From: an uncultured Candidatus Saccharibacteria bacterium | Lineage (GTDB): Bacteria; Patescibacteriota; Minisyncoccia; Phycocordibacterales; UBA12088 | Assembly (NCBI GenBank): GCA_964531785.1 | Contig: CAZHFF010000001.1 | Coordinates: 229,997 to 293,996 of the forward strand | DNA: 64,000 bases | Direction: 5' to 3' | Part shown: positions 24,331-34,453 of the stretch, piece after piece | Layout: each line of letters starts with the position of its first letter | Position numbering within the stretch: position 1 is the stretch's first letter | Position numbers and translations under genes: made by a program | Notes under the pieces: generated by a model | Told to the model about the DNA's origin: nothing | The model's input: only the letters and a program-made list of their open reading frames with translations | The model's database searches: none

Positions 24331-25380
24331 ATGTCATTCACCAACCTCACAGAACGTATACAGCAGGTAGGGGTCGCAAAAGTGCTCCTGCTCATTGTTG
24401 CAGCGTTCGTTGTACTGGCGCTCGTCCTTGCACTTATTGGTACTGCGTTCTCGGGCTTTGGCCGTACCCAGCGTTCACCGTCATATGTCACGTTCGATCA
24501 AAAGGGTTCGTTCGGTATGGCGGAACGGGCTGCGTACGATAGTGCAGCCAGTGCGCCGTCCGTGTCGGGTGATGTGGCGCTAAGCTATCGAAATATCGTG
24601 CCGCCTGATGGCGGACAGGGCTATGTGCCGGGGAACGATGCCGAGGAGTTCGAGGCTCGATCGTTTAACGCCGCAATCCGCACAGGCGACCTCGATGGCG
24701 TTTGTAACACTATCTTGGGCTGGAAACCAGAGCCATATGTTGTGTTCTTGGAGGAGACACGGACCGAAAGTGCATGCTATGTACGATTCAAGGTTGAGCG
24801 TGCGCGAGTTGACGATGTAGTGGCACTGCTAACTGCACTACGGCCTGACGACCTTACGGTTCGAACCGAGACGATACGTGAGCAGGTGCTGGATCATACT
24901 TCTCGGCTGGATATTCTGCTCGGTAAGCAAAAGGTGACCGAGGAGACGCTAGAACAGGCAGCACGGGCGTACGATGAGCTGCTTGCGCTTGCGCGCTCCG
25001 CTGAGGATGTGGCATCGCTCTCCAAGGTGATCGACAGCAAGCTTGCACAGATCGAACGGTTGACTCGGGAGCAGATAGCTATAGCGAGCGAAATAGAGGC
25101 GGTGACACGGCAAAAAGCGGCAGCAATGGACCGACTGGATTATGCAGAGTTTACGGTGCGTGTTTCTAAGTTTCAGATCGTTGATCTGACCGGTCTCCGT
25201 GAGTCTTGGGTCGCTGCACTACAACAGTTCGTGCGTACGCTTAACACCACACTGCAAGCGATGACGCTCGGTCTTATAGCGGCACTGCTCCATCTCGCAT
25301 TATTCCTCATCTATGTCATCGTGCTCTTGGTCCTGGTTAAGCATGGTTGGCGTCTCGCACGTGACTTTTGGCAGCGGTAG
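24331..25380 (+). CDS. Hypothetical membrane protein (N- and C-terminal TM helices, central coiled coil; DUF4349-like architecture)
   Basis: Topology and coiled-coil segment read from the translation. The family assignment is an impression, not a search result. Confidence 0.55.
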   Translation: MSFTNLTERIQQVGVAKVLLLIVAAFVVLALVLALIGTAFSGFGRTQRSPSYVTFDQKGSFGMAERAAYDSAASAPSVSGDVALSYRNIVPPDGGQGYVPGNDAEEFEARSFNAAIRTGDLDGVCNTILGWKPEPYVVFLEETRTESACYVRFKVERARVDDVVALLTALRPDDLTVRTETIREQVLDHTSRLDILLGKQKVTEETLEQAARAYDELLALARSAEDVASLSKVIDSKLAQIERLTREQIAIASEIEAVTRQKAAAMDRLDYAEFTVRVSKFQIVDLTGLRESWVAALQQFVRTLNTTLQAMTLGLIAALLHLALFLIYVIVLLVLVKHGWRLARDFWQR

Positions 25381-25476
25381 TGCTGTCAAGAAAGTTGCTC
25401 GATTGGGACACAGGGTTGGAAGGTCCACAAAAAGCATTGTAGAAGTGGAAAAAACACTGGTTTGCCGTTTTGTGCG

Positions 25477-25485
25477 TGGTATAGT
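25477..25485 (+). promoter_or_regulatory. Extended -10 TGGTATAGT, 6 nt before ATG 25492 (leaderless)
   Basis: TGnTATAGT, then cggtgc, then ATG. Confidence 0.55.
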
Positions 25486-25491
25486 CGGTGC

Positions 25492-25917
25492 ATGAGGTCA
25501 CTGGAAAGCCTGACTGCACAGCAGGAAACATCCGACACCGAGCGATCGATCGAGACAGTGGTCAAACGTGCTGACGAACTACTTGGTTCACTCGATGAGG
25601 CACTTGAGTCGTATAGCGAGGTTACCATCGGTACCAGTACCTATGAAGCCAACACACCTTTTGAGCAGCGTGTCGCGCGGGCACAGCGGCTTAAGGAGGG
25701 CGTGACCGGTCTGGTCGAACAGTTGAGAACCGGTAATTCCCAGGCCGAAGTTGAGCGAGCTGCGCTAATGCTCGAGCAAGTTGTAGATCTCTATGAGAGC
25801 GCCCTCAAGGTCGAAGCCGATGCTGCAGCAATGCAGGGAGGTACCAAGCTCGTTCTGCTCATGAACAAGATCGCCCTGGCCCTCTTGCCACTTGAGGAGC
25901 AAGAGCGCGAACGGTAA
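25492..25917 (+). CDS. Hypothetical acidic helical protein
   Basis: ORF 25462..25917, with the start set at the ATG positioned behind the -10 box. Confidence 0.5.
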   Translation: MRSLESLTAQQETSDTERSIETVVKRADELLGSLDEALESYSEVTIGTSTYEANTPFEQRVARAQRLKEGVTGLVEQLRTGNSQAEVERAALMLEQVVDLYESALKVEADAAAMQGGTKLVLLMNKIALALLPLEEQERER

Positions 25918-25924
25918 CGCACAC

Positions 25925-26968
25925 ATGGACCACCACCAAGAGATCGAACAGCATCTCGCTATTTTGAGGCGTCTACAGCAGCCGAGCGGTTTGTTTCTTG
26001 CTGCCGCGGAGCAGGGCGTAACGACCGGGTATGATAAGTCATGGCTTCGGGATAATTTCTATGAGGTCATGGCGTTCGAGGAGGTCGAGGATTGGGAAAC
26101 AGTACACCGTACCTGGCATGCCCTGCTCGATATATTCCTAAAACACGAGGATAAGATCAACTGGGCAATACAGGAACGTCCCCGGTTCACCTATCAATAC
26201 ATTCATGCACGGTACCACCCGGAGACGTTCGAAGAGTTTTGGGAAGAATGGGGGAACAAGCAGAACGATGCGGTCGGGTGCGTACTCTTCGCGCTGGGCA
26301 CGCTCGAACGCAAAGGTCATTCTGCAGTACGTGATGAGAACGACCGTAGGATCGTTCAGCGGTTGGTGGATTATCTTGCGTCAATTGGCTATGCAGAGGA
26401 CCCTGACAACGGTGTTTGGGAAGAGTACGAGGAGGTCCATGCGTCATCGGTCGGCGCATGTGTTGCGGGGCTAACTGCGGTTCGTGACGCCGGGCTTGCG
26501 ACCGTGCCGCAGGAACTCATCGATACGGGCTTGATATCTCTGCAGAAACGCCTGCCGCGCGAGTCGCACACCAAGTTCACAGACCTGGCGCTGTTGTCGC
26601 TCATTTTTCCTTACAAGGTAGTGACCCCTGAACAAGAGGACGAGATACTCCGAAACCTTGAGTACCACCTCGAGCGTGATAAAGGGATCATCAGGTACCG
26701 GAACGACCGCTACTACAATGTCAACGAGGACGGTGTGAGCGAAGAGGCCGAGTGGACCATGGGGTTCCCCTGGCTCTCCATTATCTATCGTGAAAAGGGC
26801 GATCACGAGCGAGCAGATCATTGGCTGGACAGAGCGCGTCAAGCACTTGATCATGAGGGCAAGCTCCCGGAGCTTTACTACTCACATTCTGACCTCCCGA
26901 ATGAGAACAACCCGCTGGGTTGGGCGGAGTCGCTGTTCATTATCGCGCTCGCGCGAGCACATCGGTAG
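25925..26968 (+). CDS. GH15-family glycoside hydrolase (glucoamylase-related catalytic domain)
   Basis: (alpha/alpha)6-type motifs SWLRDNFY, NDAVG and GVWEEY. Confidence 0.75.
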   Translation: MDHHQEIEQHLAILRRLQQPSGLFLAAAEQGVTTGYDKSWLRDNFYEVMAFEEVEDWETVHRTWHALLDIFLKHEDKINWAIQERPRFTYQYIHARYHPETFEEFWEEWGNKQNDAVGCVLFALGTLERKGHSAVRDENDRRIVQRLVDYLASIGYAEDPDNGVWEEYEEVHASSVGACVAGLTAVRDAGLATVPQELIDTGLISLQKRLPRESHTKFTDLALLSLIFPYKVVTPEQEDEILRNLEYHLERDKGIIRYRNDRYYNVNEDGVSEEAEWTMGFPWLSIIYREKGDHERADHWLDRARQALDHEGKLPELYYSHSDLPNENNPLGWAESLFIIALARAHR

Positions 26969-26981
26969 GAGCTTGGGTCAT

Positions 26982-28217
26982 ATGCAGAGCGCCCGCACCG
27001 TACGACGTCCTCCAACACTGTTCATCGTTGGGGCGTGCATCGCCACGCTCTCGAGCGTGGCTGGTTGGCTGCTTGCGCCTATCGAAGCACGTTTCATCAG
27101 CACGTTAACGGAGGAGCCTTTTATGGTAGGGGTAGCCTACGCGGTCGGTACAGCTTCATTCGCTGTCCTCGCGCTCTTTACGGGACGGTTCGCAGATCGG
27201 TTCGGTCGAGGTCGTGTCACGGTCCTGGCACTTGGTATTGGTGTGCTGTACCCTCTGCTATACGCAAGCTCGATCAACGTACTCGCGTACATGGGCATCA
27301 AGGTTCTCTGGGCGTGTGCAGCGGTTGGGACCGGCCCCGTGCTCCTTGCGTTGCTGCAGGACCTTGTTGCGGATCGTTCCGACCGTGGTCACCTCCTCAG
27401 TCTCATGTATGGCGCGATGGCCCTGTCCGGCGCTGTTGGACATTACGTCGGCGGTGCTGTGGCGAGCCAGTTCGGATTGACCGCTCCCTATTACGTGCTC
27501 GCCTGTGTGTATGTGTTGGTCCTGTTTATCGCCCTACCCACGCTACTTAGAAGGAGTGCGAATCAGCACTATCACCACATTCTGTCCGAGCAAGAAACGC
27601 TTGGACTCGACCCAAGCTCCATACTGTTCGGCTTCCGGTACGTGTTCAAGAAGCCCATTCTGGTATACTACTTCATTCTCAATACCGCGTTTTCCATGAA
27701 CTATGGCATCAAGGTGTTGCTGTGGCCGCTCATTGTGCTCACCCTGGTCGAGGACCCGTACGTGATGGGTGTGATCTTTGCGGCAACCGGAGTAACCGCG
27801 TTCTTCGTACTGATGTTCTCAGGGAAGATCATTGATCGCAAGGGGGTATTCTATGGTATCCACCTTAGCTGGTTCGCGCTTCTGTCCGGTGGCGCGCTCA
27901 TGGCGGCCACTAACTCCTACCTGTGGTTCGGTGTCGGCGCGGTCCTGTTCGCCGTAGGCGAGGCGTTCTACGGCAGTGCACAGGCGGTCTTGTTGACCGA
28001 TCATGTTGCCAGTAAACATCGTGGTGAACTGTTGGGTATCGACCGTATCTTTGACAGTGCATTTATTACGCTCGCTATGCTGCTCTCCGGCGCGCTCATC
28101 GGTGCATGGGATGCGCAGCGTGCCTGGCTGCTCTTTATGGCAGTGCTGGCTGTGGCGTACTTGGGCGCATCGATCTATGCCGCACGCCATGACGGATTCA
28201 ATGTTCGATCCGCGTAG
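26982..28217 (+). CDS. MFS transporter
   Basis: About 12 TM segments and MFS motif A GRFADRFGRGRV. Confidence 0.85.
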   Translation: MQSARTVRRPPTLFIVGACIATLSSVAGWLLAPIEARFISTLTEEPFMVGVAYAVGTASFAVLALFTGRFADRFGRGRVTVLALGIGVLYPLLYASSINVLAYMGIKVLWACAAVGTGPVLLALLQDLVADRSDRGHLLSLMYGAMALSGAVGHYVGGAVASQFGLTAPYYVLACVYVLVLFIALPTLLRRSANQHYHHILSEQETLGLDPSSILFGFRYVFKKPILVYYFILNTAFSMNYGIKVLLWPLIVLTLVEDPYVMGVIFAATGVTAFFVLMFSGKIIDRKGVFYGIHLSWFALLSGGALMAATNSYLWFGVGAVLFAVGEAFYGSAQAVLLTDHVASKHRGELLGIDRIFDSAFITLAMLLSGALIGAWDAQRAWLLFMAVLAVAYLGASIYAARHDGFNVRSA

Positions 28218-28296
28218 AGAGCCTGATCATGTGGTCTTGAAATTAACCAAGCTGGTTTTATACTGAAAGTTGTTATAAGACTAACTGATCAGGCTT

Positions 28297-28710
28297 ATGG
28301 CTATTGTGAAATGGGAACCGTTCGGTGAACTTGACCGTTTTTTTGATGAGTTCGCGCTGCCTGCGGGAGGGAAGATGGGTTTCGATATGGCAGTCGACCT
28401 CTACGAGGACGGTAATGATATCATTGCCGAGATGAGTGTGCCGGGTATCGAGCCCGAGAATCTTGATATTACAGTGGAGGGTCAGTACCTGCGGGTGGTT
28501 GGTCGACGAGAAGAGGAAAAGGAGAAAAAGACCAAGCAGTTCTACAGCAAGGAAATCCGCAGAGGTAGCTTTGAGCGTGCGATACGACTTCCCGAGCCGG
28601 TTAGTGAGGCGAGTGTTAAAGCCGAGTACGAAGGAGGTGTGCTTAAGGTCATCATGCCGAAATTGGGCGATAAGCGAAAGAACAAGGTCAAGGTCTCGGT
28701 CAAGAAGTGA
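28297..28710 (+). CDS. Small heat-shock protein, Hsp20 family
   Basis: Alpha-crystallin domain: DLYEDGNDIIAEMSVPGI..NLDITV, F.R.IRLP and GVLKVIMPK. Confidence 0.9.
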   Translation: MAIVKWEPFGELDRFFDEFALPAGGKMGFDMAVDLYEDGNDIIAEMSVPGIEPENLDITVEGQYLRVVGRREEEKEKKTKQFYSKEIRRGSFERAIRLPEPVSEASVKAEYEGGVLKVIMPKLGDKRKNKVKVSVKK

Positions 28711-28730
28711 TGACGATCGTTCCAGTGCAT

Positions 28731-28776
28731 AACGCCAACACACCGACAGTCGATTTGCTGTCGGTGTGTTGGCGTT
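28731..28776 (+). terminator. Long perfect hairpin after hsp20
   Basis: AACGCCAACACACCGACAG-N8-CTGTCGGTGTGTTGGCGTT, 19-bp stem. Confidence 0.6.
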
Positions 28777-28842
28777 GAACACAAACACTTGACGTAGCGC
28801 GTGGCAAGTTGACACGGACATGGGCTGCCGTACGATGGCAGT

Positions 28843-29157
28843 ATGGACGCAATGCTTGATTCAGGGTGGGGAAAGGTGCTGGTCATTATCTACGCGCTGG
28901 CAGCGCTCGGTACTTATATCGTTTCGTACTCGTGTGGCGCCGCTGCACCTTGCGGTCTCTACATCGTCGCTCCGGTATTGCCCTGGGCATGGATACTGAC
29001 TCAAGAGTTCGGGCTCGCATTTCCGTGGGCCGTCTACCCGGTGCTGGTCCTCTTGAACGCAAGCATCGCGTATGCGTTAGGTGCAGGGTTTGAGCAGCTG
29101 TATCGGTATGTGCGCGAGTATCGTACTGGAGCTGTTGAGCTGGGTGAACAGCACTAA
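28843..29157 (+). CDS. Hypothetical small membrane protein
   Basis: Three hydrophobic helices. TACGAT box 6 nt upstream of the ATG. Confidence 0.5.
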   Translation: MDAMLDSGWGKVLVIIYALAALGTYIVSYSCGAAAPCGLYIVAPVLPWAWILTQEFGLAFPWAVYPVLVLLNASIAYALGAGFEQLYRYVREYRTGAVELGEQH

Positions 29158-29211
29158 CTGTGACATACTAATGTTCTAGGCGTGAGGCGTAACGCTCCGT
29201 CGAACTATTCC

Positions 29212-30255
29212 ATGCAGCAAGGAAACGCGCTTACCCTCGTCCTCGTCGGAGTAGCTGTAGCGCTCCTGGCCGCCATGGGTGTACTGGTGTACCTCGCACA
29301 GAAGGCACCTCAGCCTATCGTGCCGGTAGCGAGGAACGCTTCTTCAGAGAATACTGTGGCTGAACCAGCTCCCGACCCACGGGCTGGCTGGCGATCATAC
29401 CATGACGAGGACTACTCGTTCACGCTCCTCTATCCCCAAGGTTGGGTGGTAGAAAAGGGGTCGATCTTGCTTGACCCTGCTATCACGATCCGGCCGGATA
29501 TCGGCACCAGCAGTGCACGAGGACCCTGGTCACATCACGAACGTGCAACCCACGTTTCGCTTTACCCACAGGGCGTCGCCCGTGAGGGGCTGTTCGGCGA
29601 AACGCGCCCAAGTGCGACGATCATAACGCTACCGCGCGCTGTAGCACGGGACTATATCCTTGAGAACGGAAGGGTGTGGGGTACGCTTGTTACGTTCGAG
29701 GAGCATCCAAAGACCTGGACAGACGCGGGCTTTGTGTTTGCTCGGGCACTCGTCGAGGAAGAGGAGATCGTTTGCTTGCGCGCCGGAACGACCGTTGAAG
29801 AGGGCTCCTGTGATCCGCTTCTGGGCGATAGTTTGGTGCGGAATGGCTTCGTCGACGCCGAGGTCTTGAAGACGCTTGAGCTGATCTTAACCTCGATAGC
29901 ATTTGTTACTGAGGATCAAGCAGCTACGCAGAAACCACCCGAGGCGAGCGGTATTCGAGTCTTTGAGCCGGCACCAGAGACGCGTATCACCTCGCCCCTT
30001 ACCGTGTCCGGTGATGTCGATAGTTCGTGGCCGAGCGGCAATGCAATTGCGGTACGGCTTACTGACAGTGCCGGGAACCCACTGGTTTCCATGGTCACCG
30101 AACCAAAGAACGCCAGGGACGGTCGTGTACCGTTCTCTGTGACGCTCGTATTCGATCCGGGTACCGCCACAAGCGGCGTGCTCATGCTTGGTCCGGAAAG
30201 CTCGTTACAGGCAGGGACACAGCACCCGACCGTAGAAATGCCGCTCAGCTTCTAG
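29212..30255 (+). CDS. Secreted protein with C-terminal Ig-like (Gmad2-type) domain
   Basis: N-terminal TM anchor. The C-terminal ITSPLTVSGDVDSSW..AIAVRLTDSAGNPL pattern is typical of Gmad2-like domains. Confidence 0.55.
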   Translation: MQQGNALTLVLVGVAVALLAAMGVLVYLAQKAPQPIVPVARNASSENTVAEPAPDPRAGWRSYHDEDYSFTLLYPQGWVVEKGSILLDPAITIRPDIGTSSARGPWSHHERATHVSLYPQGVAREGLFGETRPSATIITLPRAVARDYILENGRVWGTLVTFEEHPKTWTDAGFVFARALVEEEEIVCLRAGTTVEEGSCDPLLGDSLVRNGFVDAEVLKTLELILTSIAFVTEDQAATQKPPEASGIRVFEPAPETRITSPLTVSGDVDSSWPSGNAIAVRLTDSAGNPLVSMVTEPKNARDGRVPFSVTLVFDPGTATSGVLMLGPESSLQAGTQHPTVEMPLSF

Positions 30256-30270
30256 TCGTGTTGTGGGGCA

Positions 30271-30292
30271 GAGCAGCTATGAACAGCTGCTC
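30271..30292 (+). terminator. Hairpin after 29212..30255
   Basis: GAGCAGCT-N6-AGCTGCTC. Confidence 0.4.
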
Positions 30293-30354
30293 GTTGTGCT
30301 CGTACCCATGCTGAACTAAAATAGAACAAATTAGTCGCCTAATGAACGAACACG

Positions 30355-32760
30355 ATGTCATTTAGCAACCCATTGCATCCAAAGCAGCCAGAGAGCGGAT
30401 ACGCGGACAAGCTGGCGCATTACACGCTCCTCTTGCTCGCATTCCTTTTGCCCTTCTGTATGGGCCTGGGCTCTGTAGCTCCGCTCCTCTACACCAAGGT
30501 GCTCGTTGCGGGGATACTGTTACTGGTGGCAGCGATCGCCTTCTCGGTAGCACGTCTTCAAACGCAGACCATCAGCTTGCCGCGCGTCTGGCTGCTCGGT
30601 GCTGCATGGTTGCTTCCTGCCGCATACCTAGTGAGCAGTATGTTCCAAGCGAACATGTCGCTTTCGCTCCTGGGAGAGCGATTGCAGGTCGACTCGTTCC
30701 TGTTTGTGCTACTTCTCACACTTGCGCTGACGCTCGTTACTCTCGTGCTCACGACCAAGGAACGGGTATTAAGCCTGTACATGGCGATGCTTGGCGGTGG
30801 CGCGGTCCTCACGGTCCTGCAGCTCGGCATCTTCTTTGCGCGAGACACTCTTGGCGCTCTTGGGCTCACGTTCACGACAGCCTCATTGCTCGGAAGCTTG
30901 AACGACCTCGCGGTCTTCTTTGGTCTCCTGTCGATCCTTGCGCTTGCCACACTGACCCTGCTTCCGCTCACGAACCTCGTGCGCTACCTCCTCTGGGCGA
31001 CGCTCGCTATAGCCGCGTTCTTCCTAGTGATCGTGGATCTGAATGTCCTCTGGTGGATCGTCGGTCTCTTTGCGCTCGCCTTCTTGGTCTACAGCGTTAC
31101 CGTTGCACGCACGCAGTCTCGAAACGGACTTGGCATTTCGTTCCCCGCGCTCGCTATTGTCGTGCTTGCGGCGGTGTTCCTGCTCGGGAGCGACACGTTC
31201 ACCGGTGCCCTTGCGCGGAAGGCGAACGTGGGAGAGCTCGACGTGCGGCCTTCTTGGAAGACGACGATCAGTATCGGCAAGAGCGCATATGCGGAGAACG
31301 CCCTGTTCGGTACCGGCCCGGGCACCTTCACGTACCTTTGGTCGAAGTATCGTCCGATCGAGGTCGACCAAACACCATTTTGGGGCACCGATTTCGCGTT
31401 CGGCATTGGTTTTATACCAACGAGTTTCGTAACAACTGGTCTCGTGGGTGCGTTCGCTTGGCTTGTCTTCCTGCTGCTGTTCTTGTGGAGCGGAATCCGT
31501 GCGTTCATACTGACGCGTGGTGAGGACCATGACCCGATCTCTGCTTACCTACGGATCTCGGCGTTCGTAGGCGCACTGTTCTTGTGGATCATCCTCTTCA
31601 TTCAAGTACCCTCGCCGGCACTTATCGTGTATGCGTTCCTTCTTACCGGGCTTTTCATTGCGTCGCTACGCTTCGGTCATGGTCCGGTGTTGGATATGGT
31701 CCTGTCGTTCAAGAACAACCCACGCCTGGGCTTCGTTGCCACGTTGGTGCTCACGCTGGGCATCCTCGGGAGCGTAACCGGGCTCTACACGATCGGCATG
31801 CGGTATGCTGCGGAGGCACAGTTTCAGCGTGCGCTCGTCGTCGCGAACACGACCACGGATGTGGACCTGGCAGAACAGCTCACCACGCGTGCGATAACGC
31901 TCCATCCGACCGACCTGTACTACCGACTGAGCGCCAATATTACGCAGGTGCGCATACAGCAGCTCTTGGCACAGAACAAGCCGCCCGAGGAGATACGCGA
32001 GCAGTTCCAAAACCTACTCTCGCGCGCGATAGCAGATGCCATGGAAGCTACGACGCTTGATCAGAATGACTACCAGAACTGGCTGACGCTGGGCACGATT
32101 TACCAAGGGATAGCACCGCTTGGCATCGAGGGAGCTGCGGCAAGTGCGCAAGCCGCGCTCGATCGAGCGCTCGCTTTGCGGCCCGATGCCCCCGCTATCC
32201 TGCTTGCGCAGGCGTCTATCGCTCGTCAGGAGGGCGATAGTGCAACTGCGAGGAGGTTGGTCGAGCGTGCGATATCGGTGCGGAACCAGTACACGGATGC
32301 GATCTTCCTGCTCGCACAGATCCAGATCGAGAACAATGAGATCGAAAATGCAGTTCGCTCGGTCGAGGCAGCGACCCTGTTCGATCCGAGCAACGCGGTC
32401 GCGTTCTTCCAGCTCGGCCTCCTTCAGTACAGTGCAACGAATTACGCTGAGGCAGCGCGTGCACTTGAACAGGCGGTACGGATCAACGATCAGTACGCTA
32501 ACGCTCGTTACTTCCTCGGCCTCACCTATGCACAACAGGGAAGGAGCCAGGAGGCACTCATCCAGTTCCGTGAGGTGCAGAGGACCAATCCGGACAATCA
32601 GGAGGTTGCACAGATCATCTCGAACCTTGAGGCGGGAAGGAGCCCGTTCCAGAACCTTGAGAATGAGCCGGTCATAGAGGAGCTCGACGCTCCGCCGGTC
32701 AACGAACCCGCGCAAACAGGTGCTGGTCGAGGTGCGGCCGGTGCCGAGCTGTCGGAGTAG
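30355..32760 (+). CDS. O-antigen-ligase-like (Wzy_C) polytopic membrane protein with C-terminal TPR repeats
   Basis: At least 10 TM helices, then about 300 aa of TPR-like repeats (AL.LRPD.., A..YF.LGL..). Confidence 0.75.
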   Translation: MSFSNPLHPKQPESGYADKLAHYTLLLLAFLLPFCMGLGSVAPLLYTKVLVAGILLLVAAIAFSVARLQTQTISLPRVWLLGAAWLLPAAYLVSSMFQANMSLSLLGERLQVDSFLFVLLLTLALTLVTLVLTTKERVLSLYMAMLGGGAVLTVLQLGIFFARDTLGALGLTFTTASLLGSLNDLAVFFGLLSILALATLTLLPLTNLVRYLLWATLAIAAFFLVIVDLNVLWWIVGLFALAFLVYSVTVARTQSRNGLGISFPALAIVVLAAVFLLGSDTFTGALARKANVGELDVRPSWKTTISIGKSAYAENALFGTGPGTFTYLWSKYRPIEVDQTPFWGTDFAFGIGFIPTSFVTTGLVGAFAWLVFLLLFLWSGIRAFILTRGEDHDPISAYLRISAFVGALFLWIILFIQVPSPALIVYAFLLTGLFIASLRFGHGPVLDMVLSFKNNPRLGFVATLVLTLGILGSVTGLYTIGMRYAAEAQFQRALVVANTTTDVDLAEQLTTRAITLHPTDLYYRLSANITQVRIQQLLAQNKPPEEIREQFQNLLSRAIADAMEATTLDQNDYQNWLTLGTIYQGIAPLGIEGAAASAQAALDRALALRPDAPAILLAQASIARQEGDSATARRLVERAISVRNQYTDAIFLLAQIQIENNEIENAVRSVEAATLFDPSNAVAFFQLGLLQYSATNYAEAARALEQAVRINDQYANARYFLGLTYAQQGRSQEALIQFREVQRTNPDNQEVAQIISNLEAGRSPFQNLENEPVIEELDAPPVNEPAQTGAGRGAAGAELSE

Positions 32761-32766
32761 TGCATC

Positions 32767-34443
32767 ATGCGCAAGCGGGTGATAGGATTGTTCCATAGCG
32801 AGATACGCGGTTTGCATCAAGCCGCGTATCTTTTGGCTTTGTTCACGCTCTGTTCGCAATTGCTCGCGATCGTGCGTGACCGGCTCCTGGCCGGATCGTT
32901 TGGGGCGGGTGAGACGCTGGACCTGTACTATGCGGCGTTCCGTGTGCCTGATACCCTCTATGTATTGATCGCGAGCTTGGTATCTGTGTTCGTGCTCATA
33001 CCATTTCTCGAGGACGCAGAGCGATCAGGAAAGGATGCGATGCATGTGCTACTTTCCGACCTCTTCACCTTCCTCATGCTCAGTATGGGTACGCTTGCCG
33101 CGGTCGCGTTCTGGTTTGCGCCATTCCTCTGTGATCTGCTGTTCGGACAGCTCTATGCGACAGCAGGTGAGGAGCTAGTACTGCTGGTGCGGGTACTGCT
33201 TTTGCAGCCGATACTGCTTGGCGTCAGTAATCTGTTCGCGGCGTACGTGCAGGTGAAAGGTCGTTTCCTTGTCTATGCGGTGGCGCCGTTACTATATAAC
33301 ATGGGCATCATTGCGGGTGTCGTATTCCTGTATGAGCCGTTCGGTACCGTTGGACTTGCGTATGGCGTCGTGCTCGGGGCACTGCTTCACCTGCTCGTAC
33401 AGGCAAGCTACTTGTTGTCGGAGCGTATGGTCCCGCGGTTCAAAGTGCCACGGATACGACTTGTCGTGTCCGTTGTGCTAACGTCATTACCGCGCGCTCT
33501 GGCGTTGTCGGCACAGCAGCTCTCCCTCCTGGTCCTTGTGTCGCTCGCGTCACTGTTTGCAGCAGGCAGTGTCGCAAGCTTTTCGCTTGCATACAACCTG
33601 CAGGCTGTTCCGATCGCGATCATTGGTGCAAGCTATTCGGTTGCAGCGTTCCCTAAGCTCGCGCGCCTCTTTATGGCAGGGGACAAAGGTCATTTCGTTG
33701 CTATCGTCGTGACGGCAACGCGCCAGATCCTATTCTGGGCGTTCCCGGTAATAGTTCTGTTCATTGTACTCAGAGCCCAGATCGTTCGTGTGATACTTGG
33801 GTCCGGCAAGTTCGACTGGAACGACACCATGCTTACGGCAGCAGTGCTTGCACTGTTCGTGGTATCGCTCGCAGCGCAGTGCCTGGTCGTGCTGTTGGTA
33901 CGCGCTTTCTATGCCGCAGAGCGCACCTGGACGCCGGTTGCGGTGAGCACGCTTTCCGCTCTGTTCGTGGTGGTACTGGCATTCTATATTACCTCGACCG
34001 GGGACGTGGCGGCGAAAGAAACGGGTGTCTTGGCTTCATACCTGCGTGTCTACGGTGTCGCCGGAGCGTCCGTGCTTCATCTTGCGCTCATGTTCTCGAT
34101 CGGCTCCATTATGAACGCGGTCGTGCTCATGGTCTTGTTCGAGCGCTCGTTCGGTCCGTACCTGACCGGTCTCGCACGCCCTGCGCTCGACTCGCTCTGT
34201 GCCTCGCTCGTCGCCGGATTAGGTGCATACCTTGCACTTGCCGTCCTAGCTGCTATTGTGTCAATGCAAACGGTCCTAGGGGTCTTCCTGCAGGGCCTTG
34301 GGGCAGGGTTGACCGGGCTTGTTCTGTGGCTCCTCGTCCTTACGGCACTCAATAATCGCGAGGTCGCCATCGCCTGGGACACTATCGAGTCACGGCTCCG
34401 GCAAACGTCGCCGCGTGATCTCCGGGGGACTATCGACACATAA
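32767..34443 (+). CDS. murJ: Lipid II flippase MurJ/MviN
   Basis: 14-TM MOP-family profile. N-terminal LLAIVRDRLLAGSFGAG.TLDLYYAAFRVPD. Confidence 0.85.
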   Translation: MRKRVIGLFHSEIRGLHQAAYLLALFTLCSQLLAIVRDRLLAGSFGAGETLDLYYAAFRVPDTLYVLIASLVSVFVLIPFLEDAERSGKDAMHVLLSDLFTFLMLSMGTLAAVAFWFAPFLCDLLFGQLYATAGEELVLLVRVLLLQPILLGVSNLFAAYVQVKGRFLVYAVAPLLYNMGIIAGVVFLYEPFGTVGLAYGVVLGALLHLLVQASYLLSERMVPRFKVPRIRLVVSVVLTSLPRALALSAQQLSLLVLVSLASLFAAGSVASFSLAYNLQAVPIAIIGASYSVAAFPKLARLFMAGDKGHFVAIVVTATRQILFWAFPVIVLFIVLRAQIVRVILGSGKFDWNDTMLTAAVLALFVVSLAAQCLVVLLVRAFYAAERTWTPVAVSTLSALFVVVLAFYITSTGDVAAKETGVLASYLRVYGVAGASVLHLALMFSIGSIMNAVVLMVLFERSFGPYLTGLARPALDSLCASLVAGLGAYLALAVLAAIVSMQTVLGVFLQGLGAGLTGLVLWLLVLTALNNREVAIAWDTIESRLRQTSPRDLRGTIDT

Positions 34444-34453
34444 CCTCAAACAT